From IMG/VR virus record IMGVR_UViG_3300000944_000002, positions 1 to 46,963 of that record: 46,963 nt of DNA. One strand, given 5' to 3'. Origin of the DNA: a virus. Position 1 is the stretch's first letter. Every line of letters starts with the position of its first letter. Made by a program: the position numbers and the translations under genes. Below are positions 41,253 to 46,963 of the stretch, piece after piece. The notes beneath the pieces were generated by a model. It made no database searches, was not told the DNA's origin, and saw only the letters and a program-made list of their open reading frames with translations.

Positions 41253-41731
41253 TTGGTGGCCCCTGTCATTTTTGGTAACTTTGGGCGAATTTTGCCCACA
41301 TTCTCATTGGCGTACCGTGCAGCCATTGCCACGGGGTCAAAACCGTCAGCCAATTCGCCCGTGTTTGGCTTGTCGCTGGCTATATCGGGTTGCCCTGTAC
41401 GTTGGCGCATCTTGTTTTTTAGCCGCTCAGAAACGCTTACAGGAGCCGCATCACCAAACGGGTCAAGCCCTTTGTCAATATGTTGACGGTCATCCATGTG
41501 GGCGCTGATGCCGTACCCGCCAATCAGGGTGACAAAGGCGGTCACCAGAACGCCTGCAAAGCCCTGGACAGTGTTCAGGCGCTCAGCCATGCCGGTGTTG
41601 CCTGCAAGTATCACCATAATCAGCACAGCGGTCATGACAAACAGCAGGGCCGCTGACATCAATGCAATTGAGCGCCTAACCTTGAAGCGGTCATGCGGTT
41701 GGGTGGCCACCGTGGAATTGTGTTTTGACAT
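41249..41731 (-). CDS. holin candidate (two TM segments)
   Basis: 160 aa. TM1 is SIALMSAALLFVMTAVLIMVILAG and TM2 is FAGVLVTAFVTLIGGYGI, followed by a charged C-terminal tail. It lies between the endolysin and the spanins. Confidence 0.65.
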   Translation of the reverse strand: MSKHNSTVATQPHDRFKVRRSIALMSAALLFVMTAVLIMVILAGNTGMAERLNTVQGFAGVLVTAFVTLIGGYGISAHMDDRQHIDKGLDPFGDAAPVSVSERLKNKMRQRTGQPDIASDKPNTGELADGFDPVAMAARYANENVGKIRPKLPKMTGATK

Positions 41732-42308
41732 ATCGTCCCGTCTTTGGGCTTGTCACCCATTTGTGCCCGGCACGTTGACGCGCTTTGAAAGTGCTGACCG
41801 GCGTGCGCGGCGCATAGAATTTTTTGTGTAAGGCAACGTGCGGCATGTCCCGGCCAAAGCTTGTGCCTTTCCACCACCCGCCCCAATCTAATGGAACACC
41901 TAACTGGTTTGAAGCATAGAACAACGCGCGCATGATTGGCAAATAGTGTTCAGGCTCCCAAGACACATCGTTGTTGATCCAAGGTACCAAGTCAACGGCA
42001 TAATGTATGCGGTTGATTGGGTCAATGCGGTGGCTACTGTTCATGGTGTCTGACTTGCCGTTCTTCACATGCACAGCTTGTTCAGCTTCAGTGCGCCCGC
42101 CATCATAAATTGCAAAATCCATGACTGACTTGATGAGACCAAGAGTCAGTACATCACGCAAGTCAGGGTGAGCATGTTGTACAACACGCTTTGAACGTGA
42201 GCCAAACTTGAAGCCAGAACTTTCAACAAGTTTCAAGTTTGGCTTGTATATCACGCGGCCATCATTGCCGGTGAATGTTGCTAGGTCAAGAGTAGCCGGT
42301 GAAGCCAT
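41691..42308 (-). CDS. endolysin, peptidase M15 (VanY / L-Ala-D-Glu peptidase-like)
   Basis: Zn-ligand pattern SSHRIDPINRIHYAVDLVP ... WGGWWKGTSFGRDMPHVAL (H-x-D ... H), as in M15 phage endolysins. There is a ~45-aa basic C-terminal extension. Confidence 0.8.
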   Translation of the reverse strand: MASPATLDLATFTGNDGRVIYKPNLKLVESSGFKFGSRSKRVVQHAHPDLRDVLTLGLIKSVMDFAIYDGGRTEAEQAVHVKNGKSDTMNSSHRIDPINRIHYAVDLVPWINNDVSWEPEHYLPIMRALFYASNQLGVPLDWGGWWKGTSFGRDMPHVALHKKFYAPRTPVSTFKARQRAGHKWVTSPKTGRYVKTQFHGGHPTA

Positions 42309-43120
42309 TAACGTGCAAAGCCGCTTGTGTTACTTAAAGGCATAATCAACTTCTGCACTTGTGCAACGTGCGCAGTTGGCTCAATTGAGTCATCATCCAT
42401 ATACACAGTTATGCGCATATTAGGTTGAAAGTTGTCACCTTCTGTCATGTCTTCAATGTTTGAAATGGCCATACCCACACGAATGTATTTATCTGTGCCC
42501 GTCACCCTCAAACGGTTTTCAAGGTACAAATTGTCAGGCGTGGCATTGCGCCTTTTGAAAGTGACTTGAAACTCACAGCCCATTTGAGTGGTATTTGGGT
42601 TGAATATACCTTCTGGCAAATTTAACGCAACAAGGTACACACCTTTTACTTGATCGGCATTATCGAAAACATGAAACCAAGTGCTGTCTGTGCCCCCTTC
42701 AAGCAACACTTCCCAACGTGAGTTTGCATTATTGAACCGCTGCCAGTAGGCACCAAGTTGTTCATCACGCTCTTGCAAACCTGCCGGGCTGACCATCACT
42801 GTGTCACGTGGTGGGTTTGTCGGCCAATCAATAGGGTTTGAGAACCTTGCAATACCATTAGTTGACCGTGAAGCCTGTTGTGTGCGGCTATCCAGTTCAG
42901 TGTTGATGTCATCTTGTGCGTCAATGAAGTCTTCAAACGCATCTTCATTGAAGGTGACTTCATTTTGCAATGTGATCATTGCTTCAGCCAGTCTGTTGAA
43001 CAACCAATTGAACAACTGTGGGTCAGCATCACCACATTGAAAGCCGCCCGCAATACGCGCAACAGCCGGGGCGGTGTTGGGTATCCCTGACGCCCATACT
43101 TCATCATCGTTAAGTCTCAT
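42308..43120 (-). CDS. tail fibre / receptor-binding protein
   Basis: 270 aa, downstream of the baseplate J/I-like genes. N-terminal fibre motifs GGFQCGDADPQLFNWLFNRLAEAM and NGIARFSN...VMVSPAGL. Confidence 0.65.
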   Translation of the reverse strand: MRLNDDEVWASGIPNTAPAVARIAGGFQCGDADPQLFNWLFNRLAEAMITLQNEVTFNEDAFEDFIDAQDDINTELDSRTQQASRSTNGIARFSNPIDWPTNPPRDTVMVSPAGLQERDEQLGAYWQRFNNANSRWEVLLEGGTDSTWFHVFDNADQVKGVYLVALNLPEGIFNPNTTQMGCEFQVTFKRRNATPDNLYLENRLRVTGTDKYIRVGMAISNIEDMTEGDNFQPNMRITVYMDDDSIEPTAHVAQVQKLIMPLSNTSGFAR

Positions 43121-43121
43121 T

Positions 43122-43871
43122 TCAAATTACCTTTGCAAAGTTAGTGCACAAGCCCCGGTCAGAGTCAGTGCCAAGTATAAAGAAGCCGCTATCACCATAC
43201 ATAATTTTGTATTGTAACAAGCCATGATAAGGCAACACAAATTTGTACAGTTCAGCTTTCCTGGTTTCATCCATTGTCAAATCACGGTCAACGCCAATTG
43301 TCACAACGCCCGCATTGTGTGTCAGAACCCTTGCAGTTGTATTGCCCGCCGGGTCTTCTAATGCAGCACCATCAAACAAGTATGCAACCAAGCGGTCAAC
43401 CTGTTCAACCGATCCGTCAAAGCCTTGTGAGAAAATCCAAGCGTTCATCAAGAAACGGTATTCATTGTCATCAGTGATGTGGTAGTCACGGAAACGCAAA
43501 GACTGACCCTCACAAAAGAACGGTCCGTCACATAGGCCAACAGTCAGTTCACCTTCACAACAGTCTTCATCATCATTGCCCGTTGTTTTGAAGCCAAAAA
43601 ACAATTCACGGTACACGTTGCAAACAACTCTTGGGAAGCCAACAATTTGGCCAATCAAGTCAAGTTGGTCGCCAACAGCCTCATCAATATTGAACGCGTT
43701 TTCAAACCCACATAGTTGCGCTTCAATCTCTTCAAGTGGCTTCACCAAACTTTCAGTGAACGCCACCATGTTGGGCTTGTCAATGTATGTATGCGCAAGC
43801 CTTGACAGCACAGCTTGTGTCAGGTTTGACGGTTCACTGCATTTGGCATATTCAATAATGTTGCAAGTCAT
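43122..43871 (-). CDS. baseplate protein (DUF2612-like, gpI position)
   Basis: IDEAVGDQLDLIGQIVGFPR motif and position after the J-like gene. Confidence 0.65.
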   Translation of the reverse strand: MTCNIIEYAKCSEPSNLTQAVLSRLAHTYIDKPNMVAFTESLVKPLEEIEAQLCGFENAFNIDEAVGDQLDLIGQIVGFPRVVCNVYRELFFGFKTTGNDDEDCCEGELTVGLCDGPFFCEGQSLRFRDYHITDDNEYRFLMNAWIFSQGFDGSVEQVDRLVAYLFDGAALEDPAGNTTARVLTHNAGVVTIGVDRDLTMDETRKAELYKFVLPYHGLLQYKIMYGDSGFFILGTDSDRGLCTNFAKVI

Positions 43872-43872
43872 A

Positions 43873-44748
43873 TCAAGCCCCCAATATTATTGAGAGGTTA
43901 TCTTCAGGCAATACCACAAGTTGATCTTGGCCAACGTCAACGTCATTTTCAGCGCCGTTAATAAGTAAAGACGCCACACCAATTCCGTTGGTTATTAGAA
44001 CAGCCTTTAGATACTCATGGCTCAATGTCATACCCGGTTGTGTTAGTTTCTCAACCGATTCACGCAACAACTGTTCAATGACAACTGTGCTTGTACCACT
44101 ACACACACCAACTGAACTTGATGCCTGTGTTATAAGTTCAATTTCAAGTTCAAGTTCTTCAGGTCTTGTGAATCTTATGGTGCGGCATACACCGTTTGCC
44201 GTTTCAACATTGACAAGTGTGTTACCTGTTAAGCCCAAACCAAAAGCCAAATTTTCTGAAATAGTGCGAGCAACTTCTAAGTCATCACCGCCTTCAACTG
44301 AAATGGTTATTGTCAGGGGTTCAAGTTGTGTGTTTTGCTCAACACCTGTGTCATTGAATGCAACCAGCACGCGTGCCACACCATCAATTGCACTGACTGC
44401 TGATTGTATTCTACCAACAGCTAATTGCGTAACGTTCACGGGTGCAAGTAAGCGTTGCCGGTAATCAACATCAGACTCACCAAATATGCGCGGTAAGTTT
44501 CTGAAGCGCCCAAGTTCATCAAGCCGGGTGCCTGTTGCTTGTCGTAAGTCAAAAGACGTGTACACATCTTGGCTTAGTTCCCACATCAATGACACCGCAT
44601 CGGAAAACACAGCAACCATCTGACCTTGTGGTGTATCAACTGACGTGTCAAAGCCGTTGCCAATTGCCGCCACAAGTTGCGCGTTCATCTCTTCACGTAT
44701 GGTGTTCAGGCTTTTTGTTTCAAAGCCAAAAGGTGTTATGCCCGCCAC
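43873..44748 (-). CDS. baseplate J-like protein
   Basis: 291 aa. N-terminus GFETKSLNTIREEMNAQLVAAIGNGFDTSVDTPQGQM is typical of gpJ/gp6-like wedge proteins. Confidence 0.75.
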   Translation of the reverse strand: MAGITPFGFETKSLNTIREEMNAQLVAAIGNGFDTSVDTPQGQMVAVFSDAVSLMWELSQDVYTSFDLRQATGTRLDELGRFRNLPRIFGESDVDYRQRLLAPVNVTQLAVGRIQSAVSAIDGVARVLVAFNDTGVEQNTQLEPLTITISVEGGDDLEVARTISENLAFGLGLTGNTLVNVETANGVCRTIRFTRPEELELEIELITQASSSVGVCSGTSTVVIEQLLRESVEKLTQPGMTLSHEYLKAVLITNGIGVASLLINGAENDVDVGQDQLVVLPEDNLSIILGA

Positions 44749-44749
44749 G

Positions 44750-45127
44750 TTATAGCCCCGCTATAGTTTCAAATGACACGTCAACCGGTTGGCCAAGTGT
44801 CGTTGTAATCGAAAAGCGCACACTTGCGTTGCGCGTTAGCGTGTCCAAATTTACAGACACCCGGTCTACAGACTGAATGAATGGTTGGTCACGCAAGAAG
44901 TTTTTGATGCGTGTGTTGTACGCCACCGGGTTAGTTGATCCAAGCAACAAATCCCAAGGGAAGCCAGCACGTAAGTCATACAGCGATGACCCAAGTTGAA
45001 GCTTCAAATGCTGTTTGACCTTTTCAGCAACTCCTTGTGATTCAGTGGCAAGCACAAAGGAGCCGTTGCCAAGTTTCAAGTCACCATCTTTGTCAGTCAG
45101 TAACGTTATGAAGTTTGCGTTGTTCAT
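44750..45127 (-). CDS. baseplate wedge protein (gp25/W/XkdS-like)
   Basis: 125 aa. DGDLKLGNGSFVLATESQGVAEKVKQHLKLQLGSSLYDLRAGFPW pattern, between the spike and J-like genes. Confidence 0.65.
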   Translation of the reverse strand: MNNANFITLLTDKDGDLKLGNGSFVLATESQGVAEKVKQHLKLQLGSSLYDLRAGFPWDLLLGSTNPVAYNTRIKNFLRDQPFIQSVDRVSVNLDTLTRNASVRFSITTTLGQPVDVSFETIAGL

Positions 45128-45772
45128 CTAAAACCTTGCGAGCCTTTGGGCCAGTGCTGCGAATTGTGCATTTTGCAAAATCAACTCAGGCGTGGGTGTA
45201 CTTGAACTGTGGCGAACAAAAGGGACGGTGCTCAATGTTGACAGCAGTGCAAGCGTTTCCTTTAGGATAGCAACAAGATCATCACCATCTTTGTTTTGCA
45301 TTTTCAAAACACCACTTGACCCTTCACCCAATGCAATAGTCATGTCCGGTGAACGCACTGTTGTATTGGCAGGTATAAAAGTTTCACCTGACTTCTGCAA
45401 GCCGGGAACGAACACCGCGTCCGATAAGTCATGCAAGCGCGGTGTTGCCGGTGTCTTGTTTTCCGCGTCTAACAGCCAGCGGTCAATATTGCGTTGCTGA
45501 AAAAGTGCAATGCCGGTATCACCGGGCTTAATCGGAAATGTCACACCGTGACTTGTTGTCTGTGGAAACATGACGGGCACTTGTTCAAGCACAAGCGGTT
45601 TTTGTTCTTGACCATTGAATTGGCGCAAGATGTTCAGTTCAAGGTCCACTGAAGACACCGCCACTGACTTGACAGTGCAAGGCAAAGATGTATTGACGTT
45701 GGCAAGCGCTTGGCGTATTCGTTCAGCCCGGCGTTCTTCAGGGTCAATATCTTGTACGCTGTAATCACTCAT
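45128..45772 (-). CDS. baseplate central spike protein (Gp138 N-terminal-like / Mu gp45-like)
   Basis: LPCTVKSVAVSSVDLE...VPVMFPQTTSHGVTFPIKPGDTGIALFQQRNIDRWL matches the Gp138_N pattern. Confidence 0.7.
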   Translation of the reverse strand: MSDYSVQDIDPEERRAERIRQALANVNTSLPCTVKSVAVSSVDLELNILRQFNGQEQKPLVLEQVPVMFPQTTSHGVTFPIKPGDTGIALFQQRNIDRWLLDAENKTPATPRLHDLSDAVFVPGLQKSGETFIPANTTVRSPDMTIALGEGSSGVLKMQNKDGDDLVAILKETLALLSTLSTVPFVRHSSSTPTPELILQNAQFAALAQRLARF

Positions 45773-46623
45773 AGGACACCCACCACTGAAGTGGTTGCGT
45801 TGCCTATTGTATTGGTGCCTTTATGCTGAACCCGTATTGGTCTGACATACCCGCCGTTGTCTGTATCCAACATTGTGCCAACCCCATTAGCTGTTTCAAT
45901 GAATCGTGAGAAAACCCCCACTGTAACACCGGGCCGTATTGCAGGGTTTAGCAAACAATCAAAGTCAAACCCTTCTTGTGTACGCCTAACGGTGCCAATC
46001 AAGCCAGTGTCAGGGTGCAAGATAACATCAGCACGGGTGTCAGTGACAGCCTTGATGACGTTCAAACGGTTGTTCTCAGTGTTCCAAGTGAAGCCACTAT
46101 CACGCAACAGCTTGTCAATCTGTTCACCGACCAAGCCGCTGAACGTTGCAGGCCGTGATCCAGTGCCTTCCAGTTCTGCAAGTTCTGCATCAATCAAACC
46201 AAACTCAACGCCAAAGTTTTGCAAGTCAGCGCCAACTTGCATGAGCACGTCACGCATATTCTGACCGGCACCAACAGTCAGGTTGGCAGTTGCCCGTGCA
46301 TGTGCATCACTGCCACTACCACAAAATAGGTTCAACACAAGATCAACACCGCCTTGTTTTGTGATGGTCTGATTGAATACTTCACCCGCGTATATGACAG
46401 ACAGCTCATCACGGGTGCCATACTCAAGAATGACGTTCGTGTACCGCTGTTCAATCACCCGGCGGTGCTCAGGTGATAGGTTGTAGACACTTATTGTTGC
46501 AACGTCAGGTGACTTGCTTGTGATCTTTGTGACATCAAAGTCAATGCGCAAGTCTTCAATGACAAGCCCGTTGCCTGACGTGGGGTCACCAATGGTCAAC
46601 TTGACATGACGGCTGAACGTCAT
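45769..46623 (-). CDS. baseplate hub / tail-tube initiator-like protein
   Basis: 284 aa, 4-nt overlap with the spike gene. N-terminus VKLTIGDPTSGNGLVIEDLRIDFDVTKITSKSPDVATISVYNLS. Position equivalent to Mu gp44 / P2 gpD / XkdQ. Confidence 0.55.
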   Translation of the reverse strand: MTFSRHVKLTIGDPTSGNGLVIEDLRIDFDVTKITSKSPDVATISVYNLSPEHRRVIEQRYTNVILEYGTRDELSVIYAGEVFNQTITKQGGVDLVLNLFCGSGSDAHARATANLTVGAGQNMRDVLMQVGADLQNFGVEFGLIDAELAELEGTGSRPATFSGLVGEQIDKLLRDSGFTWNTENNRLNVIKAVTDTRADVILHPDTGLIGTVRRTQEGFDFDCLLNPAIRPGVTVGVFSRFIETANGVGTMLDTDNGGYVRPIRVQHKGTNTIGNATTSVVGVL

Positions 46624-46751
46624 ACAACCCCCACAATGTTATTTTTCAAAATCTTTGGGCGGTCAGTTTCGGGCAAGTCTTTAAAGCCATATGCACTTCC
46701 CTTGATATTTGCAGGGCTACCCAAAGTAAGCTTAACTTTACGCTGTAACAT
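46620..46751 (-). CDS. small ORF (43 aa) resembling the N-terminus of the hub protein
   Basis: The ATG at 46751 abuts the preceding TAA (taaATG). Its TGA forms an ATGA overlap with the hub start. MLQRKVKLTLGSPANIKGSAYGFKDLPETDRPKILKNNIVGVV compares with hub HVKLTIGDPTSGNGLVIEDL. It is below the 60-aa track cut-off. Confidence 0.5.
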   Translation of the reverse strand: MLQRKVKLTLGSPANIKGSAYGFKDLPETDRPKILKNNIVGVV

Positions 46752-46963
46752 TTATACAGTGCCTACCAAACTATTGTTAAGACTTCTAGTTTGCGCTGGT
46801 GCTATGTCGGGCGATAGGCCATAACGTACAGGGCTGCTAACAGCCACTATGGTAACCGTAGCTTTGGATACTTCTATAGAAGGCAAACGTAATGGCTTGG
46901 CCAGTGTAGTAACTGTAGCTTTGGATACTTCTATAGAAGGCAAACGTAATGGCTTAGTCAGTG
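46752..46963 (-). CDS. 3' part of the wrap-around 19-aa-repeat protein gene
   Basis: The frame is open from the window edge to a TAA at 46752..46754: ...KPLRLPSIEVSKATVTTLAKPLRLPSIEVSKATVTIVAVSSPVRYGLSPDIAPAQTRSLNNSLVGTV. See feature 1..143. Confidence 0.7.
   Translation of the reverse strand, partial: LTKPLRLPSIEVSKATVTTLAKPLRLPSIEVSKATVTIVAVSSPVRYGLSPDIAPAQTRSLNNSLVGTV
46858..46963. repeat. 57-bp tandem repeat units (46858..46914 full; 46915..46963 partial and identical to 1..49)
   Basis: Unit 46858..46914 differs from unit 1..57 at 2 positions. Direct reading. Confidence 0.9.
46915..46963. other. 49-nt exact duplicate of positions 1..49 (circular-closure / terminal-redundancy overlap)
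   Basis: gtagctttggatacttctatagaaggcaaacgtaatggcttagtcagtg occurs at both ends. Collapsing it restores one reading frame across the junction. Confidence 0.8.

Noticed and set aside
1-46963. Search for lysogeny, mobile or diversity elements: integrase, CI/Cro-like repressor, transposase, reverse transcriptase/DGR template-variable repeat pairs, inteins or homing endonucleases in terL/polA/portal, tRNAs
   Set aside because: No ORF showed the corresponding catalytic motifs (R..H..R..Y, DDE, YxDD). The large conserved genes have normal lengths without insertions. I saw no cloverleaf-like T-loop (GTTCRANYC) in intergenic regions. This was an inspection by eye only, so tRNAscan-SE/ARAGORN and profile searches should confirm it.

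Overview
The window is essentially one complete genome of a tailed dsDNA bacteriophage with a contractile tail (myovirus-like). The last 49 nt (46915..46963) are identical to the first 49 nt (1..49). Collapsing that overlap gives a unique length of 46,914 nt and puts an ORF that runs off both window edges into a single frame. The contig is therefore circularly closed or permuted, and it is cut inside a gene built from 57-bp tandem repeats.

Gene blocks:
(i) A minus-strand late operon, 18812 -> 146 -> (wrap) -> 40715. It encodes terS/terL, a C1q-like fibre, a DUF1073-like portal, a Mu-F-like protein, a DUF2213-like scaffold, a decoration protein, a DUF2184-like major capsid protein and connector proteins. 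These are followed by sheath, tube, a chaperone with a G_GGA_AAC -1 frameshift, the tape measure and the baseplate (hub, Gp138-like spike, gp25/W-like, J-like, DUF2612-like). The block ends with a tail fibre and a lysis cassette: M15 endolysin, holin and overlapped spanins.
(ii) A minus-strand early operon of ORFans, 22431 -> 19116.
(iii) A divergent control region, 22432..22965, with a 20-bp perfect inverted repeat.
(iv) Plus-strand early genes, 22966..25171.
(v) A minus-strand block, 33939 -> 25311, with a DUF2800-like exonuclease, a DUF2815-like SSB and a ~6 kb accessory island.
(vi) Plus-strand primase-polymerase, D5/P4-type helicase, family A DNA polymerase, VRR-NUC and SNF2 helicase.

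I saw no integrase, repressor, transposase, tRNA, reverse transcriptase or CRISPR array, so the phage looks lytic.

Most worth a second look:
- the accessory island, which combines a PLA2-signature protein, a Sec-secreted 2xFN3 protein and a GH16 glycanase;
- three unrelated proteins that end in poly-lysine tails, including the SSB and a capsid-adjacent protein;
- a C1q/TNF-like fibre gene between terminase and portal;
- an expanded 'SGEY' domain family and a pair of zinc-ribbon paralogs;
- a primase whose PriCT-like domain appears split by a -1 frame change;
- the near-identical 19-aa repeat protein at the genome junction.

All functional calls come from reading motifs by eye. No database search was run, and several start codons are non-ATG or uncertain.
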